Assembly (NCBI GenBank): GCA_027307065.1 | Contig: DAHUXT010000001.1 | Coordinates: 1 to 59,260, forward strand | Origin: Ktedonobacteria bacterium | GTDB lineage: Bacteria; Chloroflexota; Ktedonobacteria; Ktedonobacterales; JADMIN01 | Length of the DNA: 59,260 nt | Direction: 5' to 3' | Part shown: positions 9,486 through 19,186 of the stretch, piece by piece | How positions within the stretch are numbered: the first letter of the stretch is position 1 | How the letters are laid out: each line of letters starts with the position of its first letter | Notes under the pieces: model-generated | The model's database searches: none | Seen by the model: the letters and a program-made list of their open reading frames with translations, nothing else | Told to the model about the DNA's origin: nothing | Made by a program: the position numbers and the translations under genes

Positions 9486-10757
9486 TCAGTTCAGCCGGAG
9501 CAGCAATGCCTTCAGGTAGCGATCTTCGGGGAAGCCGGGCAATGTTGGGTGATCGAGCGCTGGACCGAACACCTCGAACAATTGGGCAGTGCGCCCAGCG
9601 CGCACCAGTCCCGCACGTACTGCCGTCTCGAATTCGGCGGCGTTGACCGCGCCCGAACACGAGCAGGTCAGCATCAGGCCATCTGGCGCGACAACTCGTG
9701 CCGCCAGCGCGTTGAGTTGCTCATAGGCGTGCAGCGCGCGCTCTTTCTTGGCGTGGCTGCGGGCATACGCTGGTGGATCAACCACCACCAGATCGAAGCG
9801 CTGCGCGGTGTCGCTCGCCGCTTGCAGATAGCGGGTAACGTCGCGCTCCTCGAAGCCGTGCGCCTCCGGTGAGTGACCATTGAGTTGATAGTTGCGTCGC
9901 GCCAGCGCCAGCGCCGGACCCGACGAATCGACATTGACGGTATGCACCGCGGGATTGCCTGCCAGCGCCGCCAGCGCGAATCCGCCGCTATAGGCAAAGA
10001 GATTGAGCATCGACGTTAGATGCGACGCCAGTTGATGGGTACGTTGCCGTTTCTCGCGCTGATCGAGAAAGAATCCGGTCTTTTGGCCGCCATGTGGATC
10101 GACCAGATAACGGACCGCGCCCTCGCTGATCTCGATCTCGGTTGGCATGCTTCCACGCGCTATGGACGCACCTCCCACTGGCAGCCCCTCACGCTCGCGC
10201 ACACGAATATCGTCGCGAACAAGAATCCCCGCCGGAGCCAGTGCCTGTTCCAGCGCATCGAGCACAAGTTCCCGATGGCGTTCAGCGCCCGCCGTCGAAA
10301 ACTGCGTCACCAGCCAGCGGTCGTAGCGATCCACGATCAACCCAGGTATTCCATCCGCTTCGGCGTTGATGACACGGTAGCCACTGACGTCGCCCGGCAA
10401 GAGCTGGCGCAGCCGCGAGGCGCGTTCGATGCGGCGGCGATAGAAGTCTGTGTCTATCGGCTCATCGGGCGTGCGGGTGAGCAGCCGAAAGGCCAGACTG
10501 TTGCGGGCGTTGAGATGGCCACGCGCTACCCACTCGCCTGAAGCATTCACCACGTCGGCCACGGCTCCCGCTGGGATGTTCGCTGGCAACGCCCGGAAAG
10601 CGCCCGAAAACAGCCACGGATGCCCATGCAGCAGCGTATAATCGCGTCCCGGCATGAGCGTTACCTGGGGTATCGCCGTGTCATCGCCAGAATCGCCAGA
10701 ATCGCCAGAATCGCCAGAATCGCCTGAGTTGTCAAAGTTGTCAGACGAGTTCGCCAT
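9486..10757 (-). CDS. rlmI: class I SAM-dependent rRNA (cytosine-C5) methyltransferase, RlmI-like (PUA + MTase)
   Basis: LHGHPWLFSGAF N-terminal PUA-like block. MTase motifs LNLFAYSGGFALAA and DLVVVDPPAYA. The N-terminus carries a (GDS)n repeat. Confidence 0.8.
   Translation of the reverse strand: MANSSDNFDNSGDSGDSGDSGDSGDDTAIPQVTLMPGRDYTLLHGHPWLFSGAFRALPANIPAGAVADVVNASGEWVARGHLNARNSLAFRLLTRTPDEPIDTDFYRRRIERASRLRQLLPGDVSGYRVINAEADGIPGLIVDRYDRWLVTQFSTAGAERHRELVLDALEQALAPAGILVRDDIRVREREGLPVGGASIARGSMPTEIEISEGAVRYLVDPHGGQKTGFFLDQREKRQRTHQLASHLTSMLNLFAYSGGFALAALAGNPAVHTVNVDSSGPALALARRNYQLNGHSPEAHGFEERDVTRYLQAASDTAQRFDLVVVDPPAYARSHAKKERALHAYEQLNALAARVVAPDGLMLTCSCSGAVNAAEFETAVRAGLVRAGRTAQLFEVFGPALDHPTLPGFPEDRYLKALLLRLN
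10685..10729 (-). repeat. 9-nt tandem repeat (cgccagaat x4 plus 1 degenerate copy) encoding (GDS)n at the RlmI-like N-terminus
   Basis: Read directly from the sequence. In frame, giving NSGDSGDSGDSGDSGDD. Confidence 0.9.
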
Positions 10758-10855
10758 AAAAAGTCCCGCCGTTTGTGAACATCCTCACATCGTCACGATA
10801 TTGCCCGGCATCAGTATAGCGCCGAGAGGCATCCGTATAGTATACTCATAAACTG

Positions 10856-11599
10856 GTGAGCTGCGCGCCTGCTTCTGAGATGGCCGAGACGATCACCACT
10901 CTCGTCATGAGTGGATGCGTACACCAGCAGAGAAGTCTTGAACCAGCAACCGACGCGGTCGTTGTTCTTATTAAGAGGATGCTGGCGGAGACTATGGGGC
11001 AGGCGATTCGAGGCGCGCAGCAGACGCCGATTGTGGTGGTCGAGCAAGGGCGGACGGTGCTGCGTGTTGGTGGGGTAATTCAATCGGTCGGCGTAGATGA
11101 CACGTATCAGGCGGATATCTGGGATGCCATGCTCCCACGACGCCAACCGGCGAACGCGCTGATTCTGGGGCTTGGTGGCGGCACAATCGCCACGCTGCTC
11201 ACCCAGCGCTATGGCCCCCTGCCCATCACTGGCGTCGAGCGTGATCCGGCGGTGGTCTGGCTGGCGCGCCACGACTTCGGACTTGAAGCGCTGGAGCATT
11301 TGCGCATCGTCACCGACGACGCCTTCGACTACGCGCGCATCTGCCGCGAGACATTCGACGCGATCTGTGTGGATCTTTACACCGCTGGCAAGATGGCACA
11401 TGGCGTGCTGGGCGGGGGCTTTCTGCGCGATGTAGCGCGTCTGCTGACGTCTGAGGGCGAGGCGACCATCAACCTCTGGCGCTCGCCCTATCTGGACGAC
11501 CAATTGCGGCGTATCGGCCGCGAGCTGCTGGTGCGCGACGTCGTTCCGGTGGATGATAACGTCGTGGTTCATTGCGGGCGCGGCCCAACGGCACGGTAA
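10856..11599 (+). CDS. spermidine synthase-like SAM-dependent methyltransferase
   Basis: ALILGLGGGTIATLL (motif I) and FDAICVDLY blocks. GTG at 10856, first ATG at 10880. The overlapping minus ORF 10811..11635 has no recognisable motifs. Confidence 0.65.
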   Translation: MSCAPASEMAETITTLVMSGCVHQQRSLEPATDAVVVLIKRMLAETMGQAIRGAQQTPIVVVEQGRTVLRVGGVIQSVGVDDTYQADIWDAMLPRRQPANALILGLGGGTIATLLTQRYGPLPITGVERDPAVVWLARHDFGLEALEHLRIVTDDAFDYARICRETFDAICVDLYTAGKMAHGVLGGGFLRDVARLLTSEGEATINLWRSPYLDDQLRRIGRELLVRDVVPVDDNVVVHCGRGPTAR

Positions 11600-11960
11600 G
11601 CTCTCACGGGCAAAGCTCTGCCGCTCTTCTGTCAACCTCCATGGCCAATTTGCGATAACAGTACCTATGTCTTATCCTCAGATTCTGAGAAACATGATAC
11701 GCTCACACAGTGTTTCTAGCGCCTGGCGCGCACGCAAATCGCCGTACTACCGGAGTACATTCCTGGGTCATCTTGCGCGTTCGACGGTAGCGTGGCACGA
11801 GAATCGCGGCATGGCATCGATCGAGCCAGGTATTTCCCATGGAACTCTCGTATTCGTGCGTATTCGCGATGTAGGCGTACGCGCATACCTACGCCGCGAA
11901 ATCAATCTATAACGCGCTGACATTCTCGCGGCACGTGGAGCCAGCGAGAGCTATTTTACT

Positions 11961-11982
11961 GACACTATGTCGACACTATGTC
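11961..11982 (+). repeat. perfect 11-nt direct tandem repeat (gacactatgtc x2) abutting the treT-like Shine-Dalgarno
   Basis: gacactatgtcgacactatgtc is followed immediately by AAGGAG (11983..11988) and ATG at 11998. Confidence 0.9.
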
Positions 11983-11997
11983 AAGGAGTTGTGCCGC

Positions 11998-13296
11998 ATG
12001 CAGGAATTTCGCACACCAGGCATGCAGGATGTTGTACTCGCTGAGAAATCGCTGGCGGACTATGAGTCTGTTGTCGGCGAGGATATACTCGCTGAACTGC
12101 ACCGGATGGCCAAGCCATTTCAGGGCGCGCGCGTGGTGCATATTTCGTCCACTGCCTATGGGGGCGGCGTCGCGGAGATGCTGCACACGCTCATTCCGCT
12201 GATGCGTAGCGCCGGGTTGGACGCCAGCTGGCGCATCATCTCTGGCACGGATGAGTTCTTTACGGTTACCAAGAGTATGCATAACGCGCTTCAGGGGATG
12301 GACCTCGATCTGACGCCCGCGATGAAGGCCGCCTATCTCCATTCCAATGTCGATAACTCGGTCTATTTTGAAGGCAATTTCGATTTCGTCGTCGTACACG
12401 ACCCACAGCCCGCGCCTCTGCGGATGCTGCGCGCGGGTGATGGCGGCAAGTGGATCTGGCGCTGCCACATCGATCTCACTGCCGCGAACGAGACGTATTG
12501 GAGCTTCCTGCGGCCATACGTACAGGCATACGACGCGGCAATCTTCACCATGCCCGAATATGTGAAGAAGGATCTACAGATCGGCAAGGTGGCAATTGTG
12601 CCGCCCGCGATTGATCCGCTTAGCCCCAAAAATGCTCCGATGAGCGACGAAGATGCCGCGCGCGTTGTCAGCCTCTACGGTATCGACCCCACGCGGCCGA
12701 TGCTGGTGCAGGTTTCGCGTTTCGACCCGTGGAAAGATCCACTGGGTGTCATCGACGTGTATCGCGCGGTGCGCCAGAGGTTTCCAGAGGTGCAGTTGGT
12801 GCTGGTCGGCTCGATGGCGCACGACGACCCCGAAGGCATGGAATACTACCAGCGCACCAAAGATTATGCCGAAGGCGATACCGATATCCACCTGCTCTCG
12901 AATATCGATGGCGTAGGCAATGTCGAGGTGAACGCAATTCAGCGTATGGCGACGGTGGTGCTGCAGAAGTCACTGCGCGAGGGCTTCGGCCTGACTATCT
13001 CCGAGGGACTGTGGAAGGGCAAGCCAGTCATCGGCGGCAACGTTGGCGGCATCCCACTTCAGATTCAGGATGGCGAGACGGGGTACCTGGTCACCAGCAT
13101 CGAGGAGTGCAGCAAGCGCACGCTGGAGTTGATGCGCAATCCGGTCCGTGCCCAGAAAATGGGCGAACGCGGCCGCGAGGTGGTGCGGCAGAATTTCCTC
13201 TCGACGGCCAATCTGCGCAACTATCTGCGGCTCTTCAGCGATCTCACGCAGACACGGTCGGCCGCTCGGCCACGCCACGCGCGTTCGGCGGTGTAG
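11998..13296 (+). CDS. treT: GT4 glycosyltransferase, trehalose synthase (TreT)-like
   Basis: ATG at 11998 with AAGGAG 9 nt upstream. Blocks SSTAYGGGVAEML, FFTVTKSMHNALQG, VVHDPQP and WIWRCHIDL are as I recall for TreT-type enzymes. C-terminal GT1 EX7E region (SLREGFGLTISEGLWKGKPVI). Confidence 0.7.
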   Translation: MQEFRTPGMQDVVLAEKSLADYESVVGEDILAELHRMAKPFQGARVVHISSTAYGGGVAEMLHTLIPLMRSAGLDASWRIISGTDEFFTVTKSMHNALQGMDLDLTPAMKAAYLHSNVDNSVYFEGNFDFVVVHDPQPAPLRMLRAGDGGKWIWRCHIDLTAANETYWSFLRPYVQAYDAAIFTMPEYVKKDLQIGKVAIVPPAIDPLSPKNAPMSDEDAARVVSLYGIDPTRPMLVQVSRFDPWKDPLGVIDVYRAVRQRFPEVQLVLVGSMAHDDPEGMEYYQRTKDYAEGDTDIHLLSNIDGVGNVEVNAIQRMATVVLQKSLREGFGLTISEGLWKGKPVIGGNVGGIPLQIQDGETGYLVTSIEECSKRTLELMRNPVRAQKMGERGREVVRQNFLSTANLRNYLRLFSDLTQTRSAARPRHARSAV

Positions 13297-13367
13297 GACC
13301 GAACCCCCTCCCCTCCCTCTGACGGGAGAGTGGAACTAGAGGCGGTCGGGGTCGGTTGGCCGTAGCG

Positions 13368-14570
13368 TTATTCCCGGCGGGCGAGTTCGGCTCCGGCGCG
13401 CTCGCCCAGCACCATGCCCGGCAGCACGCCGAGAGCGCCCAGCCCCTCGATGGCCATCCCTGGCGCGCTCTTGGTCAATGGACGCAGATGCGGCAGCAGA
13501 TCAGCCGAGCAATCGAGGTCGACGCCCCATGCCCAGGCGGGTTCGATGTCGGCCAGTTCTGGCAGCCAGCGTCGCGCTGCCTCAGCCATGCGCGCATGAT
13601 AGGCGGCGTCGCGGTCGAGGGCGCCCGGTGCGCCATAGCGACCACCGCTCACGGTCATCCGTCCGTCACCAGGGCGATAGTCATAATAGACGTAGGGCGC
13701 GGCATCCCAGAATACCGGGAAGTCTTCCGGAAGATCGGCGGCGAAGGCGAGCGCATACAACCGCGCATTGGGGCGAATCGTCGGCCCAACGGCCCAGATG
13801 AGCGTGCGCGCCGTAACGATCGGGCCATCCTCCAGGGTGAGTCGCCAGCCTTTGCCGCGTTCCACCTCCATCGCGCAGACATTAGCATGCCCGGCGAGCG
13901 TGGCTCCCTGCTGGCGCGCGGTCTGTGCGAGATGCGCCAGCAGCGTCAGCGGATGAACGCGCCCCTCGTCCGGTAAGCACATCGCCGCGACGACCTCATC
14001 GGTTGCCAGTCGTCCGCCAGTGGCCTCGGCCACCTGCTCAGGCTTCCACATGTCCGCGCGGAGCCCCGCGTCGTTGCGCACCCGTACCTCGCGCTCCAGG
14101 CGCCGGGCGGCGGTGACGCTGGTTGCCAGGCTCAACGAGCGTGTGCGTCGCGCCGAGAGAATCGCTCCCGGCTGGCTGGCGATCTCGTGCACGCGGAGCA
14201 TCGCCTGATAGGTGGCGGGCCAGAGTTCGGCGGCAAGGCTGCCCGGTGGGGTATCGGTGATGCCCATATTGACGCCCGCGCTGAGAATGCCCGCGTTCCT
14301 TCCGGTCGCGCCAAGCCCTAGTGTCGCGGCTGCCTCCACCAGCAGCACCCGCGCTCCCGTTGCCGCTGCGGCCCCTGCCGCGCTGAGGCCAGCTACGCCC
14401 CCACCGACGACGACGACGTCCAACCCAATGCGCTCTGAGGCCTCGAGCGAGCGCGCATCAGGCACATTCAGCGCTGCGGCGACAGATGGGGAGAGTCCCT
14501 CCCACCAGGGCGCATGAGCGCGTGGGAGAGCATCCGGCGCGCTGTCAGTGGCGGCGGGCTGAATAGACAT
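13368..14570 (-). CDS. FAD-dependent oxidoreductase (DAO / glycine oxidase-like)
   Basis: Rossmann dinucleotide motif VVVVGGGVAGLSAAGAAAATGARVLLVE. ATG verified at 14570 (MSIQPAAT...). Confidence 0.8.
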   Translation of the reverse strand: MSIQPAATDSAPDALPRAHAPWWEGLSPSVAAALNVPDARSLEASERIGLDVVVVGGGVAGLSAAGAAAATGARVLLVEAAATLGLGATGRNAGILSAGVNMGITDTPPGSLAAELWPATYQAMLRVHEIASQPGAILSARRTRSLSLATSVTAARRLEREVRVRNDAGLRADMWKPEQVAEATGGRLATDEVVAAMCLPDEGRVHPLTLLAHLAQTARQQGATLAGHANVCAMEVERGKGWRLTLEDGPIVTARTLIWAVGPTIRPNARLYALAFAADLPEDFPVFWDAAPYVYYDYRPGDGRMTVSGGRYGAPGALDRDAAYHARMAEAARRWLPELADIEPAWAWGVDLDCSADLLPHLRPLTKSAPGMAIEGLGALGVLPGMVLGERAGAELARRE

Positions 14571-14603
14571 GGCGCCTCGCTTTGGTGGGTAGCGGTATCT
14601 GCG

Positions 14604-14631
14604 GATGGGTCGCAGTCGATGGGTCGCAGTC
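14604..14631 (-). repeat. 14-nt perfect tandem duplication (gatgggtcgcagtc x2) in the 5' region of the oxidoreductase gene
   Basis: Read directly from the sequence, 34 nt upstream of the verified ATG at 14570. Confidence 0.85.
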
Positions 14632-14874
14632 GATGCCGCCGTCACGGGTCGCGGCATCCACACGTCCGCACTATAAATGGTGGTGTATGGCGGCGTCATT
14701 GGCCGGGCTGCCCAAAGATGCTACGCCGCGTTGTCCGTACTGAGCCGCCACATGCGTCACCCTGGATGCGGCGCGCCACACGATACGCTACAATACGAAG
14801 GCGTGCGCCCAAGAGCGGATAGTGTTCCGACGATGTACGGGCACATGCGTCGGATTCTTTCGTAACTGGAAAGT

Positions 14875-15852
14875 ATGTACGGTATGAATACTGCACAGGC
14901 TCGCGCCCAGGGGACATCCGCGAATGCCGGTGACGCGGCCATCGTCGTCGAGCGGCTGGTGAAGTTGTATGGCGACAAGGCGGCTGTACGCGACCTCTCA
15001 TTTACCGTTGCGCGGGGCGAGATTTTCGCGCTACTTGGCCCAAATGGCGCGGGCAAGACCACCACCGTCGAGATTCTGGAGGGCTATCGCACCGCCGATT
15101 CTGGCAGTGCGCGTGTGCTGGGACTCGATCCGCGTCGTGATGGCGCGCGCCTCAAGCCGCGCATCGGCGTGATGCTCCAGCAGGACGGCATTTACAACTA
15201 TCTGACGACGCGCGAGCTGCTCGAACTCTTCGCTCGCTTTTATCGCGAGCCGGAAGATCCCACGCGACTGCTGCAGGTAGTCGGGCTGAGCGATGCCGCC
15301 GCGACACGGTGCCGCCAGCTGTCTGGCGGGCAGAAGCGACGACTCTCGCTGGCGCTGGCGCTGGTGGGTCGCCCGGAGCTGATCTTTTTGGATGAGCCAA
15401 CGACTGGAATGGACCCGCAGGCGCGGCGTGCCACCTGGGAGATGTTGCGCGAACTGCGCGAACGCGGCTCGACACTCTTGCTGACGACGCACTTCATGGA
15501 TGAGGCGGAGCGGCTGGCCGACCGCATCGCCATCATCGATCACGGCGAACTGCTGGCGCTCGATACGCCCGCTGGACTGACCCGCGAGCAATCCACCACG
15601 ACGACTGAGGTGCGCTTCACCGCGCATGGCGCGGTGGATGTAGCGGCGCTTGGCAGCCTGCCTGGTGCGCGGATGGTGCGCAGCGATGCCCCAGGGTCGT
15701 ATGTGGTCGAGACGGGCGATGCGGCGGCACTGTTGGTGGAATTGACGACGGCGCTGCACGCGGCGGGGATTACGCTGAGTGAACTTCGCGTGGGCCGCAC
15801 CTCGCTGGAGGATGTCTTCCTTCAGTTGACCGGGAAGGAGATGCGCGAGTGA
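14875..15852 (+). CDS. ABC transporter ATP-binding protein (ABC-2 / DrrA-like exporter)
   Basis: Walker A GPNGAGKTT, signature LSGGQKRRL, Walker B LIFLDEPTTGMD. Confidence 0.9.
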   Translation: MYGMNTAQARAQGTSANAGDAAIVVERLVKLYGDKAAVRDLSFTVARGEIFALLGPNGAGKTTTVEILEGYRTADSGSARVLGLDPRRDGARLKPRIGVMLQQDGIYNYLTTRELLELFARFYREPEDPTRLLQVVGLSDAAATRCRQLSGGQKRRLSLALALVGRPELIFLDEPTTGMDPQARRATWEMLRELRERGSTLLLTTHFMDEAERLADRIAIIDHGELLALDTPAGLTREQSTTTTEVRFTAHGAVDVAALGSLPGARMVRSDAPGSYVVETGDAAALLVELTTALHAAGITLSELRVGRTSLEDVFLQLTGKEMRE

Positions 15853-16622
15853 GCGCGCCAACGACGACAACGAATACGACACCGGGCGCGGCTCCGGTGA
15901 CGCAGACCATTCTGGCGCAGACGCGCGCCGAACTGACGATGGCGCTGCGCCGGGGCGAAAGTCTGCTCGTCACCATCGTCATCCCAACGGGCCTGCTGAT
16001 CGTCTTCATGGGGCTTCCCATCGTGCCTGGCGGCTCGGGCGCGAAGATCGCGTTTCTGCTGCCGGGGATCCTGGCGGCGGCCATCATGTCGACCAGCCTC
16101 GTTAGCCTGGGCATCGCCACCGCCTACGATCGCTACTATGGCTCGCTCAAACGACTGGGCAGCACGCCGTTGCCACGCTGGGGACTGATCGCCGCCAAGA
16201 TTGTGACGGTGCTGGCGATCGAAGCGGCGCAGACGCTCCTCTTGCTGCTGATTGCGATAATCTTCTTTGGTTGGCGGCCCGCTGGCTCGCCGCTGCTGGC
16301 GCTGCTGGTGATGCTGTTGGGGACGGCAGCATTCGCGGGGCTGGGCATGTTGATGGCTGGCAATCTCCGCGCTGAGGCGACGCTTGCTGGCGCCAATGGC
16401 CTCTTCCTGCTCTTCGTGATCATCGGCGGAATCGTGCTGCCGCTCGATCACTGGCCGGGAATCATCCAGTTGCCCGCGCAGGTGCTCCCCGCTGCCGCGC
16501 TCTCGGATGCGCTGCGTTCGGCGCTCAGCCCAGCGGGCATCAACGGCGGCAGCCTGCTGTTGTTGCTGGCATGGGCAGTCGTGCTGCTGGTCACGGCGGC
16601 GCTCACCTTCAAGTGGGAGTGA
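15849..16622 (+). CDS. ABC-2 type transporter permease
   Basis: Six predicted TM segments. Its GTG start overlaps the ATPase stop (GTGA), typical of translational coupling. Confidence 0.85.
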   Translation: MSAPTTTTNTTPGAAPVTQTILAQTRAELTMALRRGESLLVTIVIPTGLLIVFMGLPIVPGGSGAKIAFLLPGILAAAIMSTSLVSLGIATAYDRYYGSLKRLGSTPLPRWGLIAAKIVTVLAIEAAQTLLLLLIAIIFFGWRPAGSPLLALLVMLLGTAAFAGLGMLMAGNLRAEATLAGANGLFLLFVIIGGIVLPLDHWPGIIQLPAQVLPAAALSDALRSALSPAGINGGSLLLLLAWAVVLLVTAALTFKWE

Positions 16623-16713
16623 GCCGCGTCCATGGAGCGCGGCAACTATGGTTAGGCGCTTTATAAGTGGATCGCGCGCGCCGCGGTAGCAGCGAAAGGC
16701 CAAAACAGTGCGA

Positions 16714-17454
16714 CTAGTGTGCTGCTGCCTTCACGGCCCTTGCAGTGGCGAGGAACTTCCCTATACTTGCGCCGAGGCCACCGACGACGAATGCGATGAG
16801 CGGCGCTTCGACGAAATGCGTTGCGCCGTTCGAGAATGTATTCGCAATGGTAAAGGCATGTAGGTCGTCCCAATGGCTGCGCAGAAAATCGGGGTCGCTC
16901 GCCTCAAATGTGGCGAGTCGGGGCCAGGCGAGGGCGAGCAGCGCGAAACCATAGGTAACGGCCAACAGCATCATGACTATCGCGCTCCACACGGCGGCGA
17001 GCGCGCCTGACACGACGCTCCGCGTACGATGAGCCACCAGCATACCCACTGTGCCCCATAGCGCAAACGCACTCAGCATGAAGATTCCAGTGACAACGGC
17101 GGTGACCGCCTGCGGCATCGCCACCAGACTCTCCAGGCTGATATTGAGCGCCTCGATCACAGCGGCCACCAGTCCAACGCGGGTTCCCACACTTAGCGCG
17201 CCTGCGCCGCCAGACACGTGCGCCACAATGATGGGCAACGCAAGGACAACGCCCGCGTAGATGGCCAGCAGAACCACCGGCGCCAGCACAAATGACCAGC
17301 CATCTGGCATCGCCAGCAGAGCAGGATACAGCACTAGCTGGAACGCGATCAGGCTCAGGTTGAGCGCCATAACACCCCACAACACAGGACGCAGCCAGCG
17401 CGGCTGTGCGCCCGACTGTGCAACGGGTATGGGAGTGGGAGTGAGAGTGGGCAT
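16714..17454 (-). CDS. integral membrane protein, unknown function
   Basis: 246 aa with about 7 hydrophobic helices. Codon usage is consistent with coding. Confidence 0.6.
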   Translation of the reverse strand: MPTLTPTPIPVAQSGAQPRWLRPVLWGVMALNLSLIAFQLVLYPALLAMPDGWSFVLAPVVLLAIYAGVVLALPIIVAHVSGGAGALSVGTRVGLVAAVIEALNISLESLVAMPQAVTAVVTGIFMLSAFALWGTVGMLVAHRTRSVVSGALAAVWSAIVMMLLAVTYGFALLALAWPRLATFEASDPDFLRSHWDDLHAFTIANTFSNGATHFVEAPLIAFVVGGLGASIGKFLATARAVKAAAH

Positions 17455-17538
17455 GGGCGCCTCTCCATCGCGGTACTAGCTGTCTCACCGCCAACTGGAT
17501 ACATCATCTCCTAACGGGTCAAGGTCAGGATGGTCACG

Positions 17539-18459
17539 CTATCGCTGGCCGATGACGACGTAGAATGGCGTGTAGCAGCGGCCCCGGCGCGCATTGAAAT
17601 CGCCGCGCATTCCTTCGAGCGTCTGGTCAAATTGCTGCTGGGTGGTGAGGCCCGCGCCGACGATCAGCCCTCCATATCCCTTGCACACGCCGATGAAGTC
17701 GGTAGCCACCATCGCGCCCAGGCGATCACCCCACGCCCCTGTTGGCACATTGACGACCGATGCCGCGACGTTTCGCAGCCCCGCGCCGCGCATGAGGTCG
17801 GCGATCCGACTGCCGTCCATCAGATCGACATGCCGGCGAGCGGACATCTGCGCGATCCACGACATCATCTGATCAACATGGCGACCACCATCGTGCAGTC
17901 CGGTGGTCTCGACCGACTCCACCCAGCCGTCTGACCGCGTCACCCGGACCAGTTCATGAATGGCTCGCGGCCACCGGTCCGACGGGATCGCCGTGAAGAG
18001 CAGACGCATGTGCGCGAAGTCGAACTGCTCGTCGTTGAACGGGAGCCCTTCGAGGACGTTACCGGGCATGAAGGAGTAATTTGAGGGGCGCGTGTCCATG
18101 CCAGCGGCTGCCTGCTCGTCGGCTGGTGGCGGATTGACATCCACGCCGCAGACGTACGTGCGCGGAAACAGGTGCGCCATATCCATTGCCCAGCGGCCCG
18201 TGCCTGTCCCTACATCCAGAATGCTGCCGGGGGATTCGAGCGGCGCCGCGTAGAGTCCACGAAGCGCGAACCGCAGCATATAGTGCTGGAAGTCGAGCCG
18301 ATTGATTTCTTCCATGTCGCGTGGCAGCGCATAGGGCAGCCCTATCGTGCGCATGCGGCCGCCCATGAGCGCCACGGGCGTCCCTTCCTGTAACGCCATC
18401 GCCTCGATCAACCCTGCGCCTCCGAGCTCGCGCTTGCGAAACCATCCAAGCCACCGCAT
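17539..18459 (-). CDS. class I SAM-dependent methyltransferase
   Basis: Motif I ILDVGTGTGRWA. ATG verified at 18459 with AAGGAGG 8 nt upstream. Confidence 0.8.
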   Translation of the reverse strand: MRWLGWFRKRELGGAGLIEAMALQEGTPVALMGGRMRTIGLPYALPRDMEEINRLDFQHYMLRFALRGLYAAPLESPGSILDVGTGTGRWAMDMAHLFPRTYVCGVDVNPPPADEQAAAGMDTRPSNYSFMPGNVLEGLPFNDEQFDFAHMRLLFTAIPSDRWPRAIHELVRVTRSDGWVESVETTGLHDGGRHVDQMMSWIAQMSARRHVDLMDGSRIADLMRGAGLRNVAASVVNVPTGAWGDRLGAMVATDFIGVCKGYGGLIVGAGLTTQQQFDQTLEGMRGDFNARRGRCYTPFYVVIGQR

Positions 18460-18540
18460 TCTGCCTACCTCCTTGAATTGTCTGCCTGCCTGGAGCGACA
18501 CCGTGCGCCAGGCCATCCAACCGTCTGGCCGCCAACGCGG

Positions 18541-18774
18541 CTAGATCGGGTAGAATGGGATGTTCGGAAAGAATTGTTCGGGGATATAGCCCTCTGGTAG
18601 CTCGATCATGACGAGTACCATGCCCACTCTGGTGGGCGGCGCGATCTCTACATGACCCCCCACATGTTCGACGTCGCGTATGCGCGCCCGCACGCTTGCC
18701 ACGTTTCGCGGGTTGCCGAGCAGCGCCTGATACTGGATCAGCTTCATGCGGACGCATTCCCTGTAGTCCTTCAT
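18541..18774 (-). CDS. small hypothetical protein (77 aa)
   Basis: High-GC3 frame (MKDYRECVRMKLIQYQ...). No clear SD and no family recognised. Confidence 0.35.
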   Translation of the reverse strand: MKDYRECVRMKLIQYQALLGNPRNVASVRARIRDVEHVGGHVEIAPPTRVGMVLVMIELPEGYIPEQFFPNIPFYPI

Positions 18775-19066
18775 GGCTGCGTGAGGACGCGGCAGCGCCT
18801 CGTGATGTCTCATCTTCGACATCACAGGCCGCGTCCATGAAATCACCGAATGCCATCGTGTGATGTCATCGGATGAGCAGCGGGCCTAAACTCCTGACCC
18901 TTGATCGATCATGGCATTCGTGCCAACAGTGGTATTCCTTGGAACCGAGCGTCGTAAGCCATTCCTGGGGCTGGCCGCCGATTCAGAGAAAGCATACACC
19001 CCGATGTCAAGCAGTCGGCTCTAAGCGCCGAGGCCTTTCACGGAACGTGCGCCTGATTGTGGGCAT

Positions 19067-19112
19067 ACACTCGCGTCTTGACGCACACTCGCGTCTTGAC
19101 GCACACTCGCGC
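19067..19112 (+). repeat. 18-nt tandem repeat (acactcgcgtcttgacgc x2 plus a 10-nt partial copy)
   Basis: Read directly from the sequence. Each full copy carries a TTGACG hexamer. Confidence 0.9.
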
Positions 19113-19125
19113 TACACCCCATAAT
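19096..19125 (+). promoter_or_regulatory. candidate sigma-70-type promoter of ubiD (TTGACG-N18-CATAAT)
   Basis: -35 at 19096..19101 (second repeat copy) and -10 at 19120..19125. The ubiD ATG lies at 19187. Confidence 0.45.
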
Positions 19126-19186
19126 TTCCGTGTGGGCGTGGTGTGGCGCGCCCACTGATTGGACTGCGGAGAGGTAGAGACACGGT

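Noticed and set aside
8321-9646. 441-aa plus-strand ORF
   Set aside because: It lies antisense to the ArsA/Get3-like ATPase, which has the Walker A and switch motifs.
10811-11635. 274-aa minus-strand ORF overlapping the SpeE-like gene
   Set aside because: Only the plus frame shows methyltransferase motif I (LGLGGG) and the downstream acidic motif. The minus translation is featureless.
16623-16645. Near-palindrome gccgcgtccatggagcgcggc after the ABC permease as a terminator
   Set aside because: No U tract follows on either strand, so it is not convincing as an intrinsic terminator.
15031-16703. Minus-strand ORFs of 283 and 293 aa
   Set aside because: They lie antisense to the ABC ATPase and permease pair, which has canonical motifs and a coupled GTGA junction.
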